Assembly (NCBI RefSeq): GCF_009914755.1
Contig: NC_060927.1
Length of the DNA stretch: 64,000 nt
DNA from: the human T2T-CHM13v2.0 reference genome, Homo sapiens
Strand: one strand, 5' to 3'
Below are positions 47,601-63,926 of the stretch, in pieces. How positions within the stretch are numbered: the first letter of the stretch is position 1; each line of letters opens with the position of its first letter. Under the pieces are notes generated by a model. It did not search any database. It was not told the DNA's origin and saw only the letters and a program-made list of their open reading frames with translations. The position numbers and the translations under genes were made by a program.

Positions 47601-50600
47601 AGGTTTGGCAGTTCCCAGCCCAGCCAGTGTCTGTCAGATGAACAACAGACTGAGAGCAGGAGGCTCACCCGGGGCCATGTGCAGTTGGGTGTTTGTGAAA
47701 GGCACTTCTCGGGGAGAAAAGGGCACCTTTCCATAGAGTCTCCAGCCTGGGACTCTGTTACAGAGAAGCAGGTAAGAAAGGTGATGGCTCCTGCTAAGCA
47801 CTTAATGGCATCTGCCTTTTCCAGGAGGGTCAGGTGGGAGCTGGAAGTTGCTCACAATTGACCAGGACCTCATGGTGGCACAGTTTTCCACACCCAGCCT
47901 ACCTCCAACCCTGGTGAGTGTCGGTGGGTCCCAGGCTGTGGAGGCAGGGGTTCTGGGCAGGCAGAGCTCACCAGGTCAGGGAATTGGCCCCAGAGTCTGA
48001 CCTGGCTGGTCAGCATACAGACGGGCCAAGACACAGGCCCAGCTTGGCATGGTCCATGAGGGTTTGGCACTCACAGGGACGAACTACTAGGCTAGAATCT
48101 GCTCCGTACAAAACAAGGTGCCTGGGGAAGTGCTCTGTCTTGGTATTACAGAGCAAAGGAGACAGCAGAGCCTAGAAGCTGAGGAGGGAGGGGTGTGCCT
48201 GTGTGTGATTGTATGAGTATGAATACCTTGGTATATACCATCCCACAACAGGAAGCCATGCTGTACCTTCTGGAGGTGGGTAGAGGGCCCAGCATAGTGA
48301 GAGCTGCCTATTTCCCACTGTGGGCAGAAGGGAAGGGCAGGGAGGCAGCCAGGCCACCTATGACACATTCTTTCCCCTTGGCAGAAAGTTGGGTTCCTGC
48401 CTTCTGCAGGGAAGGAGCAGTCAGTGTTGTGGGTGTCCCTGGAGGAGGCCGAGCCCATTCCCGACATCCACTGGGGCATCCGGGTGCTACAGCCACCCCC
48501 AGAGCAAGAGAATGTGCAGTATGGTGAGCTGGGCCAGGGGCAGAGGGATGCCTTCTCCAGGTTCCCCAGCACAAAGCCTCTGCGGTGACCTTTGCTACCT
48601 CCTCTCTCACATTGTGGGGTTTCTGGTGATGACCTCTAAGAGGTTTTCTGTTCCTCTTGTGGATGGGCATGGGAAGTAGCATCTAGACATCTGAGCGCCT
48701 GCTCTGGATATCACCTGGGCTTCACCAGGCCAAATCATCTGTGGTTGGAAGACCCAGGTCCAAAGAAAATAGGCCTCATACAAGCCTCAGTGACCACACC
48801 TCATCCCGAATGCTGTTGCTGCAGGATGGGGTTCCCTGACGAGGGCAGAAGAAGTATGAGCCTTCTGGGGTCCATGTGTCATGGTGTGGACTACCTTGGC
48901 CAGGTCTCTGACCCAGAGGTCAGCCCCACACCTGCAGCTAGAGATGGGGCCTTAGTTGGGGAAGCCCCTAGGCTCACCCTGCTGACTGCTGCCCTCTCCC
49001 TGCAGCTGGCCTTGACTTTGAAGCAATCCTGCTGCAGCCTGGCAGCCCTCCAGATAAGACCCAAGTGCCCATGGTGGTCATGCCCCACGGTAGGCATCTG
49101 GCGTTAAGAGCCCTTGCCCTCCCAGCCCTCTTCCTAGCTGGCCCTTTCACCCTCCGCTCCCTGTCTGCAGGGGGGCCCCATTCATCCTTTGTCACTGCCT
49201 GGATGCTGTTCCCAGCCATGCTTTGCAAGATGGGCTTTGCGGTACTACTAGGTGAGTGAGCAGGGACCCACAGTTCTGTTAGGACTACAGTGGAGTGACG
49301 GGGGTGGACCTGGTTTGTATAAGTACCATGGGTGCCACTCTAGTCTCCAGGACTTTCTCTAGCCTAGACCTAGTAACCACTACCAGGAACTGCTGGGGCC
49401 CAGCCTCTGGTTCTGTGGCATAGTGATAACAAGGACTAACTCGGGACTTCCAAGGAAAGGGCGCTGTGGTCACTGGGTGGCAGCCTCAAATCTCTGAGTC
49501 CCTTCCCCTTGACCCCTTGACAGTCTGTGGTATAGCTGGCCCCAGGGCCTACTTCACAGATGTGTGAAAAGAGCGTCGAGGGGGCTGGGAATGTTGCCTG
49601 ACTACACTGTCTGGTCCCTCCCTGCCCTCAGTGAACTATCGTGGCTCCACGGGCTTTGGCCAGGACAGCATCCTCTCCCTCCCAGGCAATGTGGGCCACC
49701 AGGATGTGAAGGATGTCCAGGTAGCAGGGGCTGGGGCTTCTGGACAGGCTGAAACATGGGCTGCCAGGGGGATGCCTCCATTCAGCTGAGCGGGCAGCTG
49801 GCTGCAGCATGCTTTGTCCCACCCTGCAGTTTGCAGTGGAACAGGTGCTCCAGGAGGAACACTTTGATGCAAGCCATGTGGCCCTTATGGGTGGTTCCCA
49901 TGGTGGCTTCATTTCCTGCCACTTGATTGGTCAGTACCCAGAGACCTACAGGGCCTGCGTGGCCCGGAACCCCGTGATCAACATCGCCTCCATGTTGGGC
50001 TCCACTGACATCCCTGACTGGTAGGCATACACCACAGGTCCCTGCCCTTCCCTCCTCTACCTCAAATTCTCATGGAGCCCCGTAGCCCCAGAATTCCTGG
50101 GGCTGCAACAGCTCGGTGTCTTGCAGGTGCGTGGTGGAGGCTGGCTTTCCTTTCAGCAGTGACTGCCTGCCAGACCTCAGCGTGTGGGCTGAGATGCTGG
50201 ACAAATCGCCCATCAGATACATCCCTCAGGTATGCAGCCCCCTGCTTGCCCTGTGTGCTGCCCATCCATCCAGAATCCAGGGCCCAGCTCAACACAGCTC
50301 CCCACTCTTCCCCAAACACCCAGGTGAAGACACCACTGTTACTGATGTTGGGCCAGGAGGACCGGCGTGTGCCCTTCAAGCAGGGCATGGAGTATTACCG
50401 TGCCCTCAAGACCCGGAATGTGCCTGTTCGGTGAGTGCAGCATGAAGGCCCTGGCAGCTGGTGGGCAGGTGAGCACAGGAGGACCCTCCAACCTTAAATG
50501 TTGCTGACTAATCCCTACAGGCTCCTGCTCTATCCCAAAAGCACCCACGCATTATCAGAGGTGGAGGTGGAGTCAGACAGCTTCATGAATGCTGTGCTCT

Positions 50601-50626
50601 GGCTACGCACACACTTGGGCAGCTGA
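41686..50626 (+). CDS. APEH: Acylamino-acid-releasing enzyme (acylpeptide hydrolase, S9C family), 732 aa, 22 exons
   Basis: Joined exons total 2,199 nt; N-terminus MERQVLLSEPEEAAALYR; oxyanion HGGPH; catalytic GGSHGG (Ser codon 49896-49898), QEDRRVP and STHAL. Confidence 0.98.
41773..41905 (+). CDS. APEH: APEH exon 2
   Basis: VLLSEPEEAAALYRGLSRQP...; AG/GT boundaries. Confidence 0.93.
42467..42593 (+). CDS. APEH: APEH exon 3
   Basis: EWTQRDLERMENIRF...; AG/GT boundaries. Confidence 0.93.
42978..43071 (+). CDS. APEH: APEH exon 4
   Basis: LLSRESPSGTMKAVLR...KQFLE. Confidence 0.93.
43175..43250 (+). CDS. APEH: APEH exon 5
   Basis: VWEKNRKLKSF...HGPVYED. Confidence 0.93.
43340..43503 (+). CDS. 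APEH: APEH exon 6
   Basis: DCFGCLSWSHSETHLLYVAEKK...QAIK. Confidence 0.92.
43662..43799 (+). CDS. APEH: APEH exon 7
   Basis: GDQFVFYEDWGE...VSPGQ. Confidence 0.93.
43893..43984 (+). CDS. APEH: APEH exon 8
   Basis: AFWAPGDAGVVFVGWW...CTNR. Confidence 0.93.
44061..44101 (+). CDS. APEH: APEH exon 9
   Basis: SALYYVDLIGGKC. Confidence 0.92.
44187..44308 (+). CDS. APEH: APEH exon 10
   Basis: ELLSDDSLAVSSPRLSPD...QLCL. Confidence 0.93.
44857..44917 (+). CDS. APEH: APEH exon 11
   Basis: YDWYTKVTSVVVDVVPRQLG. Confidence 0.93.
45064..45110. repeat. 21-bp tandem duplication in APEH intron 11
   Basis: agggagcggggctgtcaccat agggagcggggctgtcaccgt aggga. Confidence 0.85.
45560..45730 (+). mobile_element. 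MIR remnant
   Basis: gaatcccagctctgcc...tagctgtgtcct...ctgagctcccatttcttcat...cctgcctcatagga. Confidence 0.65.
46136..46233 (+). CDS. APEH: APEH exon 12
   Basis: ENFSGIYCSLLPLGCWSADSQR... Confidence 0.93.
46877..46928 (+). CDS. APEH: APEH exon 13
   Basis: DLFAVDTQVGTVTSLTA. Confidence 0.92.
47825..47913 (+). CDS. APEH: APEH exon 14
   Basis: GGSGGSWKLLTIDQDL...PPTL. Confidence 0.93.
48385..48523 (+). CDS. APEH: APEH exon 15
   Basis: KVGFLPSAGKEQSVLW...ENVQY. Confidence 0.93.
49006..49089 (+). CDS. APEH: APEH exon 16
   Basis: AGLDFEAILLQP...MVVMPH. Confidence 0.93.
49171..49251 (+). CDS. APEH: APEH exon 17
   Basis: GGPHSSFVTAW...GFAVLL. Confidence 0.93.
   Translation, partial: GGPIHPLSLPGCCSQPCFARWALRYY
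49632..49720 (+). CDS. APEH: APEH exon 18
   Basis: VNYRGSTGFGQ...DVKDVQ. Confidence 0.94.
49830..50020 (+). CDS. APEH: APEH exon 19 (catalytic Ser)
   Basis: FAVEQ...MGGSHGGF...TDIPDW. Confidence 0.95.
50127..50229 (+). CDS. APEH: APEH exon 20
   Basis: CVVEAGFP...KSPIRYIPQ. Confidence 0.93.
50324..50430 (+). CDS. APEH: APEH exon 21 (catalytic Asp)
   Basis: VKTPLLLMLGQEDRRVP... Confidence 0.94.
50521..50626 (+). CDS. APEH: APEH exon 22 (catalytic His, stop)
   Basis: LLLYPKSTHALSEVEVESDSFMNAVLWLRTHLGS*. Confidence 0.95.
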
Positions 50627-50769
50627 AGCCCTGCCATTCTGCATGAGCTGATCAGCCTGTGCCACACTTCGCTCTTGAGGAGCTCAACGGTCTGGCAGGG
50701 CAGCAGGAGGCTTTCTGGGCTCTGGACTCCACGGATGCGTGGGCAGAGGAATGTGGGCTATGTAGTCAT

Positions 50770-50775
50770 AATAAA
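50770..50775 (+). terminator. APEH: APEH polyadenylation signal
   Basis: AATAAA about 145 nt after the stop codon. Confidence 0.8.
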
Positions 50776-51255
50776 TTAGGACACAGAGCCTGGTTCCTGC
50801 TGGTACTTTGTACCAAACCATCCCCAACCCCACCTCCCACTCTGGGGTGCAGAGACCCTAGGTTCTGGGTGTGGCAGCCACAAGGGCTTCATCTGCCTCC
50901 AGTGTGAGAAGGGAGGGAACAGTGAGAGGCTTAGCCTCTGCCTGTCCTGGCAACCAGGACTCTGTACCAGCCTAGCTTCCCTGCTGCAGCCCCTTCCATT
51001 AGCAACTACTCTGTACCACCCTTCCCAAGAGTATGTCTGGAGGACTAGTGTGAGGCCCTGTCTTTCCACGGCACCCATGGGCAAAAGTAGTCCCAGGGAC
51101 ATTGCCTTGGTTGGGGAAGCCCCTAGGCTGGACAGATCACCTAGCCCAGGGTGTGCTGGGCTCAAGCCACCCGAGCCCTAGCAAGGAGTCACTGACACAT
51201 TTCCTGGAAGCAAAGGCTAAGAAGCATCTGTACAGGCATAAAGAGGAAACATGGC

Positions 51256-51261
51256 TTTATG
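51256..51261 (-). terminator. MST1: MST1 variant polyadenylation signal (CATAAA)
   Basis: Only PAS-like hexamer seen in the short MST1 3'UTR (+ strand tttatg). Confidence 0.65.
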
Positions 51262-51311
51262 TCTGACAAGAAGTTTTGTCCTCCCCAAGGCATATGGCAT
51301 CAAGGCTGGGC

Positions 51312-55976
<4,665 letters not shown>

Positions 55977-56046
55977 CCGGGAAGTTGTGAAACCTGTCCC
56001 TACGGGATTGGGTGGCTCTGGCTCCACACGTCAGCTCAGGGCCTGC

Positions 56047-56059
56047 TGGACCCTGACCT
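56047..56059 (-). promoter_or_regulatory. MST1: DR1 nuclear-receptor (HNF4-type) element of the MST1 liver promoter; CCAAT box at 56007-56011
   Basis: Minus strand AGGTCAgGGTCCA, 113-125 nt upstream of ATG 55934; consistent with known HNF4 control of MST1. Confidence 0.75.
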
Positions 56060-56599
56060 GAGACCTGGTGACAGGAGCCATGAGGGGCCAGGCCTCAGGT
56101 CCCATAGGTCAGTTGCAAGGGCCTAGTACAGCTTAGTGGACAGGTGTTAGGAAGGTTTGGTGGGGACACTTGAGGTGCCCTGGGGTTGGGGTGAAACCCC
56201 TCTGCAGCCTAGTCAGCCCAAGGGCATTGTGAAAGTGAGAGCTGCCAGAGGTCTGGGCTCCAGCCCCTGGGTGACATTAAACTTTTCTGAATTTCGGTTT
56301 TTCCCTGTAAATTGGGGAAAATTACTTGCCCCAGCTTCAACACTGCCTCCCCTCCACCCTTTTGCTGCTGCCTTATCAGGCCCCAGCTGTAGGCAGGTCA
56401 GCCCACACCCGGCGGCAGAGCCCAGAGAGGCTCGCTCATCTCAGCCGCCAGAAGTGTCATCCCAGGGAAGGTGAGCGAGGCTGTCCACTAGGACTAAATA
56501 GGGGTGGAGGTAACAGGTAGCAGGGACTCTGGCAGGAACGGCCTTTCAGACGTTTTAAGGACCGTCTGAGCGGGGCCTCTAAGTATGGGTAGGAGACAG

Positions 56600-57400
56600 G
56601 CGGCCTAGGGATTCCGGTTAGCATGTCGCGTTCTGCCGCAGCAGGGCTGGGAGCATCCCCAGGGCAGGCGGAGGTCGGAGGTGGTGAGGCCTTTCGGCGA
56701 AGCTGAGGCCTGGAACAACCCGGTGGGAAGCCATGGAGGGGGTCCCCTAGCGGAGGCTGGGCGCGGGCCAGTGCGCGTGCGCGGCTGGAGGCTCAGCGCG
56801 CAAGCGTGCGCGTGATTTGGCCCTGAACGGACGCCGTAGCCAAGAGGTTGGGCGGATGTTGTGAGCCGGGTCGCTGCGGCCGAGGCTCCGGGTGAGTGAG
56901 GGGCGGCAGGGCTCTGAGCCTGGCGGGTTCCGGCTATTCCCTTCGCGGTCCGGGCTAGTCCAGTGCGAGGGCACCTGCAGCGCAGGGATCTGGGTGCGAA
57001 ACTCCGAGCGGAAGCTGGTCTGGCAGGTCCTGTGGAGCTTGGGGCCAGGCGGGGGCGACTTGGGGGAGCCATGCGCCGCCCTCGCCGTCCTTGGGCTCCC
57101 AGACGGAGTAGGTTCAGTTCTGAGTCCGGATACCCCGGCGGGGTTGGACGGGATAGCCGTGACAGGGAGTCCCCGGGCGGGGACAAGGTCCGCCTCTCAC
57201 CTGGGTCCTCAGCAACTGACTCCCGGAGCCCACTCCGGGTGTCTGGAAGGTCTGCTCATCAAATGAATGACTGAGTTTAATCAGATCTTCAACTACTCTG
57301 GTAGTGAAGGGGCACCGATCATGGACGCCCACCGAGGGCCCGAGGTCGGGAAAATCACCTTCCCGAGGAGCAGGCGTGGTGCAGACCCACAAGGGTTTGT
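56600..57400. promoter_or_regulatory. RNF123: CpG island, RNF123 promoter (divergent from MST1), with NRF1 site at 56772-56783
   Basis: CpG-dense; TGCGCGTGCGCG is the reverse complement of YGCGCAYGCGCR; first donor CGG|gtgagt at 56891/56892. Confidence 0.8.
56850..56891 (+). other. RNF123: RNF123 non-coding exon 1 (5' end approximate)
   Basis: Consensus donor gtgagt at 56892 within the CpG island. Confidence 0.65.
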
Positions 57401-57496
57401 GGCGGGAGTAGAGGGTCTGTTTGGGGTGAGATAAGAGACTGAACTGCAGAGTAGGGAGTGCTGGCTAAGGCAGTGCTGCAGAGCGAAACTCTAGAC

Positions 57497-57695
57497 CTGC
57501 GCTGTCTAATAGAACTTTATATGATGGTGGGAACGTTCTACCTTTGTGCTGTCCAACAGAGTAACCATTAGCCACATGTGGTCATTGAACTCTTGAAATG
57601 TGGCTAAGGCAACTGAGAAATCGAATTGTTAATTTTTAAAACTTTAAATTTAAGTAACCTCATGTGGATGACGGCTGCTGTGTTGGACAGCACCG
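57497..57695 (+). mobile_element. MER3 (hAT-Charlie) non-autonomous DNA transposon
   Basis: TIRs ctgcgctgtctaata / tgttggacagcaccg; internal tagccacatgtgg matches the MER3 consensus as I recall it. Confidence 0.8.
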
Positions 57696-58450
57696 CTACA
57701 CATCAGTGAGGCCAGCACCAGGGACTCAGTGCAGGTTCTGGAGCAGCTGCAGCAGCAACATGATGTGAGGGATAGATGCACTAGGAGGACCAATGGAGTT
57801 TGCCATGAGGGCTGGGCAAGGGTGGTGCTTGGATGAGGTGGGAGGCCACATGTGTGAGTGGGAATGGTGAAACTATCAGGACCATGGATAAAAGAAGGGA
57901 GGAACCCAGGGCTGAGGAAAGAGGCTCCAGCCTTGTGGGGAGTAAGTGGGACTTATGGCTAGAGATGACCAGACCAGTGGTGGTCTGCACTTGGGGGAAT
58001 GTGTAGGATTGTCGCTTCTGGTTGTGAGCTGGACTCAGTATGGCTTACAACTGAGATGGATACAGGGGCTCTGCCCCTAGGACACCTCACTTTGGACATT
58101 TTGGTCTGATTTCCACAGAGCTGAGACATTTTGTTATGGTTCGGCAAAAATATATCTAGTACCTGCTCTCTGCCCAGCCCTGTGCTGGGCACAGGGACAC
58201 TGGAGAACAAGAAGTGGTCCCTGTTACATGGGCCTAGACCCTGGCTACCCTCCCTGTGTAGGAAGCTGGGAGCCCCTGCATTCCCCTGCCCTATGTGTTA
58301 GTGTGCATGCCCCTGGCCTCACCTGCTCCCAAGCCTTCCTGCCATGGCAGGACTGAGGTCAGGTGTGGGGGCCCCTGGCTGGCCCTGAGTAGACAGGCTC
58401 TGTGTCTGGCTCAGCCCCCAGGACCACTGGCTGCCCATGAGAGATGAAGG

Positions 58451-58794
58451 ATGGCATCCAAGGGGGCCGGCATGTCTTTCTCCCGCAAGAGCTATAGGCT
58501 GACCTCAGATGCTGAGAAATCCAGGGTCACAGGTAAGAGCTGGCAGGGAAGGAAGGAGGCTCCTCTTGTTGGGAGGAGAAGGAAGGGACAAAGGCCTCAG
58601 GCCTTGCTGCACCTGTGGCTGGCCTAGGACCAGAAGTCTCTGGGGCCAGCAGGGGCCAGGAGCTGCACTGATCATGTGGCCCTTTTCTCCCTTCTGACTT
58701 GTGGCTCAGGCATTGTGCAGGGGAAGCTGCTGAATGACTACCTGAACCGCATCTTTTCCTCTTCTGAACATGCACCCCCAGCAGCCACCAGCAG
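58451..58794 (+). CDS. RNF123: E3 ubiquitin ligase RNF123 (KPC1), 3'-partial: join(58451-58532,58710-58794)
   Basis: [27 protein letters not shown]|[28 protein letters not shown]; exon 2 acceptor at 58414/58415; donors gtaaga and gtatgg. Confidence 0.93.
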
Positions 58795-59246
58795 GTATGG
58801 CTGGGTGGGTGGCCCCTCCTCACTCTGCTGGGCCAGACCAGAATAAGGAGGCTGCAGTTGTAGGGAAAGGGAGCCTGGGCTCTGGACAGATAGGCTTAGG
58901 CTCTGTTCTCACTGTGCTCCTGGCTGCGAGATCTCTGGCCAGAGAGTCTGCCTTCCGTACTCTGCTTCTTCCTGTCTCCAGGCAGTGCTAGTTCCTTCTG
59001 AGAGTCAGGGAGCAGAGGTCAGGGAGCGGGTGCACATTCATGCCCAGCTAGCACCTGGCACCTACTCCATACCCAGCATCTGCCCCTGCATGTACCTGCC
59101 CTCACCTTGGCCCCAGCCTGGCCCCTTGTAGCTTCTGACTGACCTTGTAAAGAACAAACTCCTCCAGGGCCTTTTCTTTACAAGTTTAATACTTTTAAGT
59201 GTAGTCAGTATAAAAGTTACAAGTACATTTTAGCAGAAACTTAGAG

Positions 59247-59550
59247 GGCCAGGCACAGTGGTTCACACCTGTAATCCCAGCACTTTGGGAGGCCAAGGTG
59301 GGTAGATTGCTTGAGTCCAGGAGTTCAAGACCAGCCTGAGCAACATGGCAAGACCCCATCTCTACAATAAAATACAGAAATTACCTGGGCATGGTGGTGT
59401 GCACCTGTAGTCCCAGCTGTTAGGGAGGCTGATGTGGGAGGATCACTTGAGCCTAGGAGGTTGAGGCTGCAGTGAGTTGGCCTCTGCATGCCACTGCACT
59501 GTAGCCTGGGTGACAGAGCAAGACCCTGTCTCTAAAAAAAGAAGGAAAAG
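59247..59550 (+). mobile_element. AluJ
   Basis: gattgcttgagtccagg and gaggatcacttgagcctagg diagnostics. Confidence 0.9.
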
Positions 59551-60316
59551 CACCTGCTATCTTGTTATTTTAACATGACTATTCAAATGTGATTCTTTTC
59601 TGTTTCTTTCTTTGTGTTACATTTTTAATTTTTAATTTTTGTGGGTATGTAGTAGGTATATATATTTATAGGGTACATGAGATACTTTGATACAGGCATG
59701 CAATGCGTAATAATCACATCATGGTAAATGGGGTATCCATCCCCTCAAGCATTTATCTTTTGTCTTATAAACAATCTAGTTATACTCTTTTAGTTATTTT
59801 TAAATGTACAATTATTATTTACTATAGTCACTCTGTTCTGCTACCAGATAGGTCTCATTAATTCAATTTTTTTGTACGCATTAGCCATCCCCATCTCCCC
59901 ACAAGCCCTGTACTACCCTTCCAAGCCTCTGGTAACCATCCAGTACTTTGCCTCTATGAGTTCAATTGTTTTAATTTTTAGCTGTCACAAATAAGTGATA
60001 ACATGCAATGTTTGTCTTTTTCTGCCTGGCTTATTTCATTTAACATAATGACCTCCAGTTCCATCCATGTTGTTGCATATTACAGGATCTCATTCTTTTT
60101 TATGGCCGAATAGTACTCCGTTGTGTATATGTACCATGTTTTCTTTATTTATTCATCTGTTGATGGACACTTAGATTGCTTCCAAATCTTGGCTATTGTG
60201 AACAGTGCTGCAACAAACATGGGAATGCAGATATCTCTTTGATATACTGATTTCCCTTCTTTCAGGTATATACCCAGCAGTGGGGTTGCTGGATCATATG
60301 GTAGCTCAATTTTTAG

Positions 60317-60940
<624 letters not shown>

Positions 60941-62416
60941 AATTTTTAGTTTTTTGAGGAACCTCCAAACTGTTCTCGATAGTGATTGCACTATTATAAT
61001 TTACATTCCCACTAACAGCATACAGGGGTTCCACAACCTCGCCAGCATTTGTTATTGCCTGTCTTTTGGATAAAAGCCATTTTAGCTGGTGTGAGATGAT
61101 ATCTCGTAGTTTTGATTTGCATTTCTCTGATGACCAGTGACGTTGAATGCCTTTCCATATGCCTGTTTACCATTCGTATGTCTTCTTTTGAGAAATGTCT
61201 GTTCGTATCTTTTGCCCATCTTTTGATGGAATTATTAGTTTTTTTCCTATAGAGTTGTTTGCGTTCTTTGTATATTCTGGTTATTAATCCCTTGTCAGAT
61301 GGGTAGTTTACAAATATTTTCTCCCATTTGTGGGCTGTCTCTTCACTTTGTTGATCGTTTACTTTGCTATGCAGAAGCTTTTTAACTTCATGTCTGTTTA
61401 TCTTATAATGTATGTAGTTCAGATTATGCTGTATAGAAAACTTTAAAAAAATTTATCACCTTCAGTTCTTTTCTTAAAACGTTTTTATTGAGCTATGATT
61501 AATATACAATAAACTACACATACTTAAAGTGTACAATTTGATAAGTGTTAACATATATATAAAACCCGTGAAACCATCACTACCATCAAGGTAATGGACA
61601 TGTCCCTCACTTCCAAAAGTCTATAGAAGTTTGCATCCTATTTTTATCATCAAATGTTATCCCGTGAGTATTTTTCCCCATTATCAATTTATCTTACTGA
61701 GCATCTTTAGGGCCAGGGGGTCTGCTGTGGCCCATACCAGTGCCCTAGTTTGGAAGGACTTTTGCTTTTGTAAACAATGCTGTGAGGATGCCCAGGGCTG
61801 GAGTCGTGTGGCTAGAGTGTTTGAACTGCAGTCACTTTTAAGACTGTTGCCAGATTACTTCTTCAAAGGATCAAGTAGGTTCTCCCTCCCTGCAGTGAGG
61901 CACGGTTGTCCCTGTCTCTCACCCCCTCATCAGCCTTAGCTGTTCTGTCTTTTACGACTTCTGCCCTTTAGGCAGGTCCAAAAGGCAGCAACGTTACCTG
62001 TTCTATTTAAGCAACTGTGGTGGTCAGAAAGTGCCTGCTTGCAGAGAGTTCCTGCCCACCCCCACCCCATACTCAGTCCTGGCCTGTTCTCAGAGCCATC
62101 TGATCCCTACCTCATGTGATACCAGAGATGGTCCTACTGCTGCTGCTGCTGCTGTGGCCGCCAGGAGAGACAGCAGGTGGTAGGGCTGTCAGTCAGTGGT
62201 TGTGGGTATTCAGGGCCCTGAACTGGGACCTAGGAGATCCAAAAAGGTCAGGGAAGTTGCTGGTCTTGGCCAAATGGGCAGTGCTGTAGGCACTCAGTGG
62301 TGGCTGTCTCAGGCCGACTGCCCACAGATATGTGCAGTCTGCTCTCAGGATCAGGCACACGACTTTTGGGGTCAGGTACAAGAGTAGCTGCTCCAAGTGT
62401 GGGCTTGTTAAGAACT

Positions 62417-62683
62417 GTTTTCTTTTGAGACAGGGTCTCGCTATGTCACAGTCATAGCTCACTGCAACCTCAAAGTCCCAGGCTCAAGGAATCCTCCCAC
62501 CTCAGCCTCCCACATAGCTGGGACCACAAGCACATGCCACAGCACCCAGCTAATTTTTTTTTTTTAAGAGACAGGGTCTTACTGTGTCACCCAGGCTGGT
62601 CTCAAACCCCTGGGCTCAAGTGATTCTCCCACCTCAGCCTCCCAAAGTGCTGAGACTACAGGTGTGAGCCACCATGCTTGGCC
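62417..62683 (-). mobile_element. AluJ with deletions
   Basis: gagacagggtctcgctatgtc...ggctcaag... Confidence 0.85.
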
Positions 62684-63582
62684 TGTAACTGCTTTTGAGG
62701 AAGGCTCCTTTATCCTTGGGCCCACTGGGGTATTCAGAGATGGGGTTGGCTTTAGCCTTCTATGCTACTAGCTGAGCACCCCGACTGCATAGCCACCACC
62801 TGGCCTTGGCCTGGGACAGAGCAGCAGTGGGGAGGGGCCTTTGTGCATCTCTGCTCCTACAGCTCAGGGCTGGGAGTGGCTTACACTGGGGAATATGTGA
62901 TCCCTGAGCCTGGGTAGTGGCTACTTTGTCAGGGTGCTTGTCCAACCTTTGTCCCCTTCCAGAGCTTTCTGTCTGTGTGGATGAGTGGGGTAAGAACTGG
63001 CATTAAAGGTGGAAGAGCAGGTGGTGGCACCCTGTGGGCAGCCAGGTGTGTAATGGGCCTCTGTTCTGCCTGAGTCCTGCTGGTTACCACCACCTCACTC
63101 CCTGCTATTCTTAGCAGCTGAGCTCAGGACAGCACTGACTGGCATTAGACAGTACCCTTTTCCCTCTAGGCCTGTGTGTTGAGAGGATGAGGGGGCCACC
63201 CAGACAGATTTTTCCCAACTCCTTTGGCTCGGGTAGGTGGGTCATGTGCTCCGCTGACCATTTATGGACTGGCGGGTACAGGACAGAGCCATCCAGCAGC
63301 TCAGAGGGCTGAGCCTTTCATACTTCCAGAACATGTCCCATTCAACACAGACTCCCCTGGCTGGGTGGTGGCGAGACTGGAATCTGCCCCAAAGGAACCA
63401 CAGGCCTAGGGGCAAGGGTTGGACTAGGTGGCCTTGGTACTGACCACTTTGGGAACCAGCATTTCTCCCAGCCTTCTTCTTCCAGACATCATCAGCACAG
63501 CCACCTTTGAGAGCGGACAGGTTATGTGCTATGCAGACAGCACTTGTTATTCCCTGGGCTCTTCACAGCATCTCTAACATAA

Positions 63583-63920
<338 letters not shown>

Positions 63921-63926
63921 ACATAC

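Noticed and set aside
57711-57731. REST/NRSE-like CAGCACCAGGGAC
   Set aside because: Only a partial match; the right half-site is degenerate and there is no supporting context.
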